NCBI RefSeq assembly: GCF_963921235.1
Contig: NC_086101.1
Coordinates: 14,694,001-14,758,000 of the forward strand
Length of the DNA stretch: 64,000 nucleotides
From: Mobula hypostoma
Lineage: Eukaryota
Direction of reading: 5' to 3'
Position 1 is the stretch's first letter, and every line of letters starts with the position of its first letter. A program made the position numbers and the translations under genes. This document shows positions 52,466 to 64,000 of this stretch, piece by piece. The notes below the pieces were generated by a model. That model was not told where the DNA came from, did no database searches, and saw only the letters and a list, made by a program, of their open reading frames with translations.

Positions 52466-53760
52466 CTCCATGCAAGGCTTATTGAGAAAGTAAGGAAGCA
52501 TGGGATCCACGGGGCCCTTGCTTTGTGGATCCAGAATAGGCTTGCCTACAGAAGGAAAAGAATGGCTGTAGATGGGTCATATTCTGTATGGAGGTCAGTA
52601 GCCAGAGGTGTGCCTCAGAGATCTATTCTGGGACCCTTTCTCGTCGAGATTTTTATAAATGACCTGGATGACGAAGTGGAGGGATAGGTTAGTAAATTTT
52701 CTGCTGACACCAAAGTTGGGGGTGTTTTGGATATCGTGTAGAGTTGTCAGAATTTACAGCGGGACATCGATAGGATGCAAAACTGGGCTTAGAAGTGGCA
52801 GATTAAGCTCAACCAAGATGTCAGGGTATCAAGGGATATGGGGAAAAAGCCGGAAATTGGAACGAGATGGGAGAATAGTTTAGATCATGGGGGAGCTGCG
52901 GGGCAGACTCGATGGGCCGATTGGCCTACTTCTACTCCTTTGTCCTGTGATCCTGTGATCTTGTGAAGATAAGTCTGAGGTGTTTCACTTTGGTAGGTCA
53001 AATATGATAGCAGAATATGGCATTAATGGTAAGACTCTTGGCAGTGTGGAGGATCAGTGGGTTCTTGGCGTCCGAGTCCATAGGACACTCAAAGCTGCTA
53101 TGCAGATGGATCCTGTGGTTAAGAAGGCATATGGTGCATTTGCCTTCATCAACCGTGCATCAATCTTCATCAAAAGTTTAAAAGCCTAGAGATAATGTTG
53201 CAGCTATATAGGACCCTGGTCAGACCCCACTTGGAGTACTGTGCTCAGTTCTGGTCGTCTCACTACAGGAAGGATGCGGAAACAATAGAAAGGGTGCAGA
53301 GAAGATTTACAAGGATGTTGCCTTGATTGTTGAGCAAGCCTTATGAGAATAGATTAGGTGAACTCGATCTCTTCTCTTTGGAGCGACGGAGGATGAGAGG
53401 TGACCTGATAGAGGTGTATAAGATGATAAGAGGCATTGATCGTGTGGATAGTCAGAGGTTTTTTTTCAGGTCTGAAATGGCTAACACGAAAGGGAACACT
53501 TTTAAGGTACAGAGGAGATGTCAGAGGTACGCTGTTTATGCAGAAAGTGGTGAGTGTGTGGAATGGGCTGCCGGTGACGGTGGTGGATGTGACTACGTTA
53601 GGGTCTTTTACGAGGCTCCTGATTAGGTACATGGAGCTTAGAAAAATAGATGGCTATGGGTAACCCGAGGTAATTTCTAAAGTAAGTATATGTTCATTAC
53701 ATCATTGTGGGCCCAAGGGCCTGTATTCTTCTATAGGTCTTCTGTGCTTCTATGTTTCTA
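52466..53760 (+). mobile_element. CR1 RT and 3' fragments
   Basis: HARLIEKV, RGVPQRSILGP and 3' tail. Confidence 0.8.
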
Positions 53761-54763
53761 TGTGTTGAGCGGTATGGATATCATCCAACACTGTATTCAA
53801 GCTCGCCGCAAAACGTATACTGAATTTACTGGAGTGTCGAAGGTAAATTAAATCTTGTATGTCACCCACAAAAACTAAAATGCTGTGAACGAAATATGAA
53901 ATATAGTGTCTCTTTTGATGTTGTAACATTGATGGTGTGATTAATGTGCACTTTCAATGACTGATGGTCCTTTATCTAATTCAAGTAATAAATGCGGACA
54001 GTTGCCAATCGGAGTTCGTTTCACTAGCAGGTAAGAGATTCTGCAGCCGCTGGAAATCCAGCGTAACACACGGAATGCTGGAGGAAGTCAGCAGATCAGG
54101 CAGCATTTATGGAAAGGAATAAAGGGGCTTCCCGATGAAGAAAATCGGGCCAAAACAACGTCATTATATTCTTCACCATTGATGCTGCTTGACCTGATAA
54201 GTTCCTCCAGCATCTTGCGGGCGCAAGTTATGTATAGAAGTTATTATTCTGGAAAAACTTTTACTTCAATCATGAATAAACAGTATTTCAGTTAATACCA
54301 TTACTAACAACTTAAAAGCCCGGTGATATTAACGGAAATATTAAATATGATTATTTTTAAGCTCCGCCCTATAAACTACAGTTCTAATATTTCAAAGATC
54401 ACAGTAATAGCCCACAATATGTTATGTAATTTAAAGAAAAAAGCCTAACTCCTACATGGGCGATAGTGGGCGTGTCTGGTATGTGGCCAAAACTCAGTTC
54501 TATGCCAACAGAAACTCCAAAGACCTCATCCCAAGAGAGGAAGGATCTTCGAAGACAGGCTAAACCTGGGGACAATTTGAAAGAATTATCAGAACGGATG
54601 ACTCTGGTGAGCTGCTTTCAGAGGCCCATGCGTCAGTTGGAGTGATGTAGAAAATCATAAATGCTCCAAAGACCCAACAGGTCAGGCAGCATCAGTGGAT
54701 GGCGAGTTCGCATTTCCAGACCTATAGTAAATAAATACAGGTGTTGCAAATGTCGATAACAAC

Positions 54764-54923
54764 NNNNNNNNNNNNNNNNNNNNNNNNNNNNNNNNNNNNN
54801 NNNNNNNNNNNNNNNNNNNNNNNNNNNNNNNNNNNNNNNNNNNNNNNNNNNNNNNNNNNNNNNNNNNNNNNNNNNNNNNNNNNNNNNNNNNNNNNNNNNN
54901 NNNNNNNNNNNNNNNNNNNNNNN
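54764..54923. other. Assembly gap (N run)
   Basis: Seen directly. Confidence 0.99.
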
Positions 54924-55922
54924 GGAAGATGCTCTGAACCCTTCCGGAGACCAAAGATTGACCTTTTCTCAGAACATTGATTCTGTGAGGTGTTTCCAGC
55001 TTGTTATGCTTTTATTTACCAGTTTAAGCCTTTCAGCCGTATGTGGAAACAGCCTGAGACGAAAGTAATAATAACCAGTTCATCCAAAGTCACTTTCAAG
55101 GCTACTGAAACTTAGATAATATAACTACAATCTGATGTGACCAGGAATCAGCAAACTCTGAACACGGTGTTGATTTTGTATTATTTCACCATTTAACGAA
55201 TTGCTCTATCATCAACAGTCATAAGGAATCGATTTTGTAAGCATATGAGACTACATATTGATGTCTTGCTAATACAGCTTCAGCAAAGTATTTGTTCTTC
55301 TTGGTTTCCAATTGTTGGATGTGTTTATTCAAACACGCAGGAAAGTTTCAGTATTATTAGCTGAGAAAATAAAATACATAAATTAATTCAGCAACAAATG
55401 GAAGCAGCATGGAACAAAATTAATTACAATTACAATTTTTCGCCTGCCTAGCATCTCCCTCTTGCGCCCCTTTTCATTGCCATCCTTCCATCGCCCACTC
55501 AACTGCCCTACCATACTCCGTCACCCGCTGGTGTCCTCCTTATTCCCATTCTTCCATGGTCCACCGACCTCCTCTGAGAGATTCCGGCTCCTTCGGACTT
55601 CACCGCTTCCACCTTTCATCTTCCACCTCTTACTTCACGCCCCCACTCCCCCCACCGACTTACCATCCCTCTCACCTGGCTTCACCTATCAACTTCTAGC
55701 TTGTACACGTCCCCCTTACATATCTTATTATTCTGATGCTTCCCTCTTCCTTCCAGTCCTAATCAAAAGTCTCTTGGCTCAAAACGTTGACACTTTATTC
55801 CATTCCATATTTGCTGCCTACCAAATATGGTGCCAACGCTGTCACGTGATAATTATGAGGAAAAATTCTAGCTGGCCCGCGTATGTTTTCATTTTAGGTA
55901 CAGCTGAGAAATTTAACTGATA

Positions 55923-57534
55923 CAGTGGCATGCAAAAGTTTGGGCCCCTGGTCAAATTTTCTGTTACTGTGAATAGTTAAGTGAGTAGAAGATGAACTGA
56001 TCTCCAAAAGTCAAAAAGTAAAAGATGAAACATTCTTTTCAACATTTTAAGCATGATTAGTGTATTATTTTTGTTTTGTACAATTTTAGAGTGAAAAAAG
56101 GAAAGGCGCACCATGCAAAGGTTTGGGCACTCCAAGAGATTTGAGCTCTCAGATAACTTTTACCAAGGTCTCAGACCTTAATTAGCTTGTTAGGGCTTTG
56201 GCTTGTTCACATCAATCGTTAGGAAAGGCCAGGTGATGCAAATTTCAAAGCTTTATAAATACCCTGACTCCTCTAACCTTGTCCCAAAAATCAGCAGCCA
56301 TGGGCTCCTCTAAACAGCTGCCTAGAACTCTGAAAATTAAAATAAATGATGCCCACAAAGCAGGAGAAGGCTATAAGAAGACAGCAAAGCGTTTTCAGGT
56401 AGCCGTTTCCTCAATTCGTAATGTAATTAAGAAATGGCAGTTAACAGGAACGGTGGAAGTCAAGTTGAGGTCTGGAAGACCAAGAAAACTTTCCGAGAGA
56501 ACTGCTCGTAGGATTGCTAGAAAGTTAAATTAAAACCCCCGTTTGACTGCAAAAGACCTTCCGGAAAATTTAGCAGACTCTGGAGTGGTGGCGCACTGTT
56601 CTACTGTGCAGCGACACCTGCACAAATATGACCTTCATGGAAGAGTTATCAGAAGAAAACCTTTCCTGCGTCGTTACCACAAAATTCATCGTCAGAAGTT
56701 TGCAAAGGAACATCTAAACATGCCTGATGCATTTTGGAGACAAGTCCTGTGGACTAATGAAGTTGAAATAGAACTTTTTGGCCGCAATGAGCAGAGGTAT
56801 GTTTGGAGAGAAAAGGTGCATAATTTCATGAAAAGAACACCTCTCCAACTGTTAAACACGGGGGTGGATTTATCATGCTTTGGGCTTGTGTTGCAGCCAG
56901 TGGCACGGGTAACATTTCACTCGTAGAGGGAAGAATGAATTCAATTAAATACCAGCAAATTCTGGAAGCAAACATCACACCATCTGTAAAAAAATGAAAA
57001 GGGGATGGTTTCTACAGCACGATAATGATCCTAAACACACCTCGAAATCCATAATGGACTACCCCAAGAGGCGCAAGCTGAAGGTTTTGCCATGGTCCTT
57101 ACAGTCCCCCGACCTAAACATAATCGAGAATCTGTGGATAGACCTCAAAAGAGCAGTGCATGCAAGACGGCTGAAGAATCTTACAGAACTAGAAGCTTTT
57201 TGCAAGGAAGAATGGGCGAAAGTCCCCCAAATAAGAATTGAAAGTCTCTTAGCTGGCTACAGGAAGTGTTTACAAGCTGCGATACTTGCCAAAGGGGGTG
57301 TTCCTAAGTACAGACCTTGCAGGTTGCCCAAACTTTTCTTCGGACCCTTTTCCTTTCTTGTTATTTTGAAACTGTAAAAGATGGAAATAAAAAAATTAGT
57401 CTTGATTAAAATATTAAAGAAATGTGTCATCTTTAACTTTATCCCTTTTGGAAATCAGGTCATCTTTTACTCGCTTAGTTATTCGCAGTAGCAGAAATTT
57501 TGACTAGGGGTGCCCAAACTTTTGCATGCCACTG
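55923..57534 (+). mobile_element. Full-length Tc1/mariner DNA transposon (IR/DR type) with TA TSD and a decayed transposase at about 56300-57313
   Basis: TA|CAGTGGCATGCAAAAGTTTGGGC ... GCCCAAACTTTTGCATGCCACTG|TA, with about 210-bp imperfect TIRs that carry an inner copy of AAAGTTTGGGC. GRPRK, VLWTNE, QHDNDPKH and SPDLNIIENLW motifs; stop at 56531 and frameshifts. Confidence 0.95.
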
Positions 57535-59474
57535 TATGTATGCAATTATGAGATGGCCAAAAAAGATAGACTGGAAGCCTGCATTTCCTAAGCAACTGAA
57601 TAAGTATCTGCCAGAATTGAATAGCGTCATGGGCACGAAAAGTACAGTGAAGTTGCTAATATTATTAAGCCAAATAGTCAGGGGTGTTGGGCGGGTGTGC
57701 TGATAAAGAATTCGCTGACAGAAAGGATAGTAGAATCAAATACCACCATTCTATTTATGAAGCAGTTAATGGGCACTTGCAAAGGAGTAACCTCTCAGTA
57801 TTCAGACTGGATTGTAATATTCATCTCAACATCACCTTTCCGCCCAGCATTTTTATAACGAGTGAAATTATATTAACCTGCACCGACTGCTTTATTAGAC
57901 TCTATGAGCTGGAATCAGAACTCCACATAAGGAATAAAGATAGGCAGGTATGGCTCGTGATTGAACATAGTGACAATGAATGAGAAATAATCTATCAGAT
58001 AATGTATTAATGAATTTCGGATGTTGCCTTAAGTTTTAGTCTCTTATCCTATTACAAATGTGAGTAATATTCTATTTTTCACAATGAAGTTGCATTTTAT
58101 TTCTGCAATTTTGTTATTCTCCGCCACACTTATAGAATGCCTATATGTTTTTTTCATGAAAATTGAGCAATGATGACATTTGATTTCATAACAGGACAAT
58201 TTAAGCCAGAAAACCAGACGTTTCCAACATCCCCGATTCAGGTTTAAATACAATCAAAGCATTTCCCTCGCTATCAAATATAATCCTGTGTTGTAAGCAC
58301 TGGCGCTGCCTGCCCTATTGAATGTAGTCAGCATTTCTTTTTCTTTATTATTTCATTTCCAGCATCTGTGTCATTTTTATTCAAAATAGCTGATCAAAAA
58401 GCCGTGCTAAATTTCCATGCTTTTGTAATTCCAGATGGAGCAAGGTAATGCATAGTGAACTCCATCTTCTCATTTCTGTGAATACTAATATCTAAACAAG
58501 TTGAATATTTCCCTCAATCCTCCTGAAAACCCCAAGAGCATAAGATATTAACGTATCAATAGGTCATATGGCCCTTCGTACTTATTCCATCATAATTGAT
58601 CGGTTACCACTTTCATAAACAGCATTTGATCGTGAAAATAACTATAATATGATCAGAGATTACATTAGATTGGAACTTAGGAGAATATTTCTCTTTAAAG
58701 CGAAATTTGTTAAGTAAGCAGACATTCTCAATACGTTTATATTTTGAATGCCCATTTAAATTTTAGTGCTACATACTCATTCGTGCGAAATGTGTAGATT
58801 CAATTAGCGTTTTAGGGGTAAGGCTAATCAATGGCTTTTTCTGTTCGTTTTCCGATTATCTGTCACGGTTTTTGTTTGTCACCGTCCGTCGAAACATTTC
58901 TTCCACAAGAAAAGGAAGAGTTTGATTTGAGTATCTTGGCTGAACAACTACCAATAGCCATAATGGATCAGACAGGCAAAGCAGGATTTTCAAATTTATT
59001 ATCTGTTCAATTTTTCAGTAAAATGTCTTAAATAATTATTACCAAGACATAAACACCATTAACTGCAAAGCACCCCTAAGATATGTTTCTCGAGAATTGT
59101 TTGTGACACACGAAACTGCGGAGCAGAGTAGATCTTAGCATCTTTAGCTAGAACCTGTGAATCTCTGGAGCTTATTGGCACAGACAGTGGTGGCGGCCCA
59201 TTCATTGAGTTTATTTAAAACAGAGGTTGATAGGATCTTGATTAGTAAGAGCGGCAAAGGTTACGGGGAGAAGACAGGAGAATGGTGTTGAGAGGGATAA
59301 TAAATCAGCCATGATCGAATGGCGGAGCAGACTCCATAGGCCGATTGGCCTAATTGTACTGCTATGTCTTTTGGTTTTATTGTATTAATTGACCAGAATA
59401 GACTTCTGTATTGAACTATTAAACGTTGCGCACAACTATTACTTTTAAATCCTGCGCCAAATGCAGACTTCTAT

Positions 59475-59662
59475 TCATGTCGGTAATTTTTTAAACTGTG
59501 TTTCCATGAATACTTGCCTGTTGGCTAGGTTTGTTGCTATGAGAGCTCTAGATGTCCCCCAGGTGCAGATGCCGAAAACTGTTACAATGTTGATCAAAGC
59601 AAACACTGCAAGTTTCAGTCCTATTTCAGTCAGCTGCCAACGCAAGCTCCTTGGGTTCCGAG
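59475..59662 (-). CDS. NCR3-like: Gene B exon: stalk, TM with Lys and short tail, (P)RNPRSLRWQLTEIGLKLAVFALINIVTVFGICTWGTSRALIATNLANRQVFMETQFKKLPT*
   Basis: Strong minus-strand acceptor gatttatttttattctcaac-ag|CT at 59663/59662, phase 1 and in frame with the V exon. The hydrophobic helix contains K (59613-15) and N. Stop TGA at 59477-59475 and AATAAA on minus at 59381-59376. Not in the ORF track because it has no upstream start codon. Confidence 0.85.
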
Positions 59663-62528
59663 CTGTTGAGAATAAAAATAAATCACATTCACCAACAAAT
59701 CACGTCCAAGTCCTATCGATTTCATCTCGGTTTTGTGCATGGAAATGTTGCTTGTTTTGGTTTAAATAGACAGGTACTATCATCGCTAACTATTATGGAG
59801 GCCTAGCAGTGCAGCTAGAGGAGATGCTGTGTCACAGTTCCAGCAGCGGGTGTTCAATCCTCGTTTTGGTGACGTCAGTGCGGAGTTCGCACGTTCTTTT
59901 TGTTACTGCCTGGCTTTGCTCCGGGTGCTTCATTTTCCACCCTGACCTTGACAAATGACATCTATTAATCACTCTTTCTCTGTAGTGGAGTTGATGGAAA
60001 TGTGAAGAAAGTAGGTTACAGAGAGAAGCTGGTATGGAAATTGATTGCTCTTTTAAAAGGCTTAGACTTGCATCAAATGTTTTCGGTCTCTGTGTAAAAG
60101 TATCATTTTGCCTTGTTTTCCTTTATAATTTGCTAATCCCATGCAAAGTGGAATAAGTTATTTCTCCAGTTTGATACGATTTGACTTCTACAATTGTATT
60201 ATAATTTTATTCGTGAATATCGAGTCCTTTTGATATTTAACTGAATAAGCATGGCGACTGAATGTTTACTTTTTAAAGTTTTCAGTCAATTTACCATTCA
60301 AGTGTTCAACACAATGGAGGCAACTTGTACGCAGTGAAATAAAGACAATCGTCATGAAGGCCTTCGCTGATTTGGTTATACCGTTATGTGGTCACGTGCC
60401 ATCTAATATCGTGAGATATCCACATTCCGCCATTGATTTGCTCATCTCTTATCAAACTATCTTTCATTTTTCGATTTATCTGTCTCTTTCTACTCTGTGA
60501 GGATTAACCGTTAATAATATTCCTGATCTACAGATTTCTCAGCGAACGGTCAATCGGCAGCTGCATCCCTGAATTCTGTTAAATTGGTTGATTGAATTTG
60601 TAGGCGACCTGTCTTTCACAGAAAGGAGTTATGGCTGGTGGAGAGTGCCATGAATTGTGGTAGGATGCATCTATACCAAATATAGAAACGTTTAGAGTCC
60701 TAATACACGGCCTCAACCCACACCATCCACTATGTCTACACAAATGCTGCCTATCCCTGTAACTTCCTCCAGCAGTTTGTTTTTGTTAAAGTATACCGTT
60801 CCCAAATCACCACCTTAACGAATTGGACCTATTGAGATATTGATATACACTTGCGCACGGGGTGGATGTAACGCTTTATTGTAACGTTTAATTTACAATT
60901 TTGTTCCATTTGGGCAGCAGCTATTCATTCCGGATCATATATGGGGTTTGACTTTCCGCAGTAGAATGGGTTTGAGAGGGATAATCAATTAGCTACGATG
61001 CAATGGTGAAGGATTAATTCTCTTACTATGCCTTATTGACTTACAGTTTAAGTCTGTTTTTCGCGCAGCGGGGTTGAAAACAACAATAAAGCAAATAAAT
61101 CTCTTACTAGCCCTTCCTTCAGTTAGTCCTGACGAAGAGTCTCGGCCCGAAACGTCGACTGTACCTCTTCCTAGAGATGCTGCCTGGCCTGCTGCGTTCA
61201 CCAGCAACTTTGATGTGTGTTGCATAAAGCAAAATTAACCTGACATGAAAGTCTTAAATTTTGCACCATGTAGCAATTTATTTCCTTCATATTAAACTGT
61301 CCGAAAGTAAATTGTTCAACTACCGGGGTGAAATTCAACCCACTGGATCTACTTTAATGGCCTTGGAAATCTAGCCCACAAGTAACAATTATCATAATGG
61401 TTTTATGATTCCCTGGCGCCCTTCCTCTTTAGTCAGCATCTTCGCCACCAATTCATTGTCTCACGTTTGTGATTTTGATCAGTTGCTTTCAAATGCTTTC
61501 CAAACAGTGGTTGAGAAGGCATTGTCCTTACAAGTCGGGGCATTGAGCTCAAAAGTCAGTAAGCTGTGTTGTAACTTCACAAAACTCTAGTTAGGCCGCA
61601 TCTGGAGTATCCCAGACAGGTCTGTTTGCCCGATTATGGTAAGGACGTTGAGGCTTTGGAAATGGTGTACGAGAGATATCCCGGAATTCCGGTATGAAGT
61701 CATAGAAAAGTACAGCACAGAAACAGGCCATTCCGCCCGTGTCGACATATTTAATAGGCCTACTCCCATCAAGCTGCGCCAGTCCATTGCCCTCCAGAAC
61801 CCTACCATCCGAACTTCACTTAAACGTTGGAATCGAGCTTATATGCACCACTTGTGCTAGTAACTCGTTCTACACTTTCCTGGTCCTCATGTTTCCCTTA
61901 TATTCCCCTTAAATATTTCACCTTTCACCATGCTTGCAGTTACCCTATTCACCCTGATTACCCTATCTGCGACGCCATTTTCAACTAAATATGGATATTG
62001 TTTGACTTAGACTAGGATATCTGGAACAACGAGAGGCTGGAAAATCTGTGCTGTGTTCTCTGGAGCGATGAAGGCTAAGGCGAGATCTGATACAGATTTA
62101 TAAAAGGCATTGATTGCCAGATGGCCTAATTCTGTTCCTACATCTTATGGTCTTATAGTCATATATTCCAAAGCTCTGACGCTTAAATACGATTTTTTGA
62201 TGAGGGTGGTAAAACACTGAACGTGAAGGTAAGATAATGCAAACTTCTGCCCGTTTCCAAGATAATGCTGAGCAATCCCGGCATTTTCTTCTGTTTGCTT
62301 ATTTGATTTCTTTCTGGTGGTGTGTGACTGATTCTGGGAATTAACTTGATTATGTCGATTGCAATGTTAATTTACCTTTCACTATTTTATCAACATGTAA
62401 TTCACCATCACTATGTCAATGATATTCATAATTTCTTTGTCTAAATTTGCACTGAGGTACACTTTATTGCAGAAGTTGAGAAATACGCATAGAACGTCGA
62501 AGATAAATGCAATATAAGACTAACTTAC

Positions 62529-62870
62529 GTATGACTGTAACTTGTGTCCCTTTTCCAAGATAAACTCCCCTCCCGAGAAGATGTGCTCTGCAGTAATACT
62601 TCCCTGTATCGTTCTTTCTGACGTCGACGAGTTGTACAGATTGGCTTAAAATGCCCATTGAACTGTTGGTCCTTACGCGACCATGAAACCCGCGGCACCA
62701 GTTGCAAACGGTACGGTTTTCCTCGTCTTTGTACCAGGCGATGGCTCCGATCATCTTCCTTGTATCGTTTATTTTACTGATATAACTACAATTCAGCTGC
62801 GCCGTGCCCCCTTCAGTAACCGTGATTTGCTCTGGCGATTGTTTGATTACTCCGTTAGTTCTTGTAGATC
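62529..62870 (-). CDS. NCR3-like: Gene B exon: VJ-type IgSF V domain, paralog of the gene A V exon
   Basis: Minus-strand ttacag|GA ... ATA C|gtaagt, 342 nt, phase 1-1 and open. 74 of 114 aa identical to the gene A V domain by manual alignment. Confidence 0.93.
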
Positions 62871-63139
62871 CTGTAACCAGAAATAATCTCATTGTCTCGT
62901 ATCTTCCTTTCGGCCCAATATGTCAAAACCACCAGTTGCGCATAGCTACGCTGATCTCATTTACCCGCATTTGGTCCAAAGGCTTCTATGCTGTGGTGAT
63001 TAAAGTATTCGATGCTTCTTAAAGTACCTGTCTCCACCAACTCTTCAGGCAGTACTCTCCATTTTCTAACCGTCCTCTGTCTGAAAAAGATCCCCTCAGA
63101 TACTGAAAACTTCCCAAATCATTTCTCTTACTGACTAGT

Positions 63140-63660
63140 TGCATCTCCATCTCGTAAGGGAGCAACCGAGCATCGGACCAGAAATCTCCGTAAAGGACTG
63201 TGGGAACGGCTGAGAGGATCATCGGGGTCTCCCTGCCATCCAAAGAGGAAATGCATCAGGAGCGCTGCGTACACAGGGCCCTTAGTGTTAGGTGCCTGCG
63301 TACGCAGCGCTCCTTATTATCCATCCAGCATCCTCTTTGACTTTCTACAATTAGGCAGGAAACTCCGATGCAGAATAAAAGACCGGTCAGCATCGGAAAC
63401 ATTTTCTTCCCTCGGGCCATTAGGCTTCTGAACTCTCTGCCGCATCGCATTCAAAATGTCACTGGTTAATCTGCTCTGTACCTTACAGTATTTAATTTAT
63501 GCACTTGAGTTTGTTTATTTATGTGCAATCCATCTGCAGATGCCATCTGTGCTTTCATAAGGTATTATATGTATGTGTGATATGTATACTCAAGCGCTTT
63601 AAACCCTGCTTCGGAGAGATGTTGTCTCGTTTGACGGTAGACGTGCACATCGGTAAATGA
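63140..63660 (+). mobile_element. Rex1/Babar-like 3' fragment inserted in the gene B intron after the duplication
   Basis: gctgagaggatcatcggggtctccctgccatcc motif. It is absent from the homologous gene A flank. Confidence 0.55.
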
Positions 63661-63900
63661 CGACTTAACTCAGACAAACCATCCATGTAGTAAACATTGT
63701 CGCCATATACCATTCTTTCCCTCCTAATTTAATCGTATTCTTCCTATAATGTGGGGACTAAAACCGCTGACAATGTTTGAAGAAGCTGTAACCTGACGAC
63801 ACAACTGTTATAAAGAATGACACAGCAATGATGGCAAGCATCCCAAAATCCACACTGTCAACTGACGCTGCCATTTTCAGGATTCTATCCACTTATGTCC
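63660..63900 (-). mobile_element. Old CR1 fossil orthologous to 16740-17000
   Basis: Shares derived words with the gene A flank: tcagcgg, cattataggaagaat, gattaaattag and atggcgacaat. Confidence 0.6.
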
Positions 63901-64000
63901 AAAGTACCCTCAGCTCTGCAACACTCCATAGATTCCTACTAAATTTGGCGTACGTTCTGCCTTTGTTTGTTGCCAGTGGTCGTGGGAGGCAATGAAATGG

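Noticed and set aside
54355-54612. GC-box/TATA-like sequence plus an ORF MWPKLSS... ending at a gtgagc donor
   Set aside because: No downstream exon or recognisable protein on the plus strand, so support is insufficient.
54682-54954. LLSTFATPVFIYYR next to the N-gap as the missing gene B TM
   Set aside because: A much better TM exon with a strong acceptor exists at 59662. This frame crosses a gap and ends in a repeat.
58867-58875. Perfect RSS nonamer GGTTTTTGT
   Set aside because: No heptamer at 12- or 23-bp spacing. Both V exons are germline-joined VJ with splice donors, so there is no evidence of rearrangement.
1-64000. Prokaryotic-type systems (CRISPR arrays, operons, rRNA or tRNA genes)
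   Set aside because: None seen. The DNA is intron- and LINE-rich vertebrate sequence, and the tRNA-like boxes belong to SINEs.

Overview
Vertebrate genomic DNA, most likely a cartilaginous fish (inferred from the CR1/HE1-type repeat landscape and the Ig gene type). Most of the window is CR1 LINE sequence, often nested. It also holds Rex1/Babar-like fragments, SINEs, a solo LTR with a 5-bp TSD, a full-length decayed Tc1 and two N-gaps. Between the repeats are two convergent, spliced genes with single-exon VJ-type Ig domains that resemble NKp30/NCR3 and are about 65% identical to each other in the V domain. Gene A (+, about 14.5-44 kb) has leader, V, an uncharged TM, two small candidate cytoplasmic exons and a last exon with three ITIMs, so it looks inhibitory (about 296 aa). 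Gene B (-, 62.9 to 59.5 kb) has V plus a TM exon with a Lys in a TCR-alpha/delta-like motif and a short Tyr-free tail, so it looks activating. Its TM exon is missed by the ORF track. Together they look like an inhibitory/activating paired NKp30-like receptor locus. A second, independent observation is a U-UUA-AAC -1 slippery heptamer at the CR1 ORF1/ORF2 junction. It is intact in two copies and one substitution away in three, and ORF2 has no AUG for 210 codons. All exon models were spliced by eye and need RNA-seq confirmation. TE boundaries are approximate unless a TSD or TIR is quoted.
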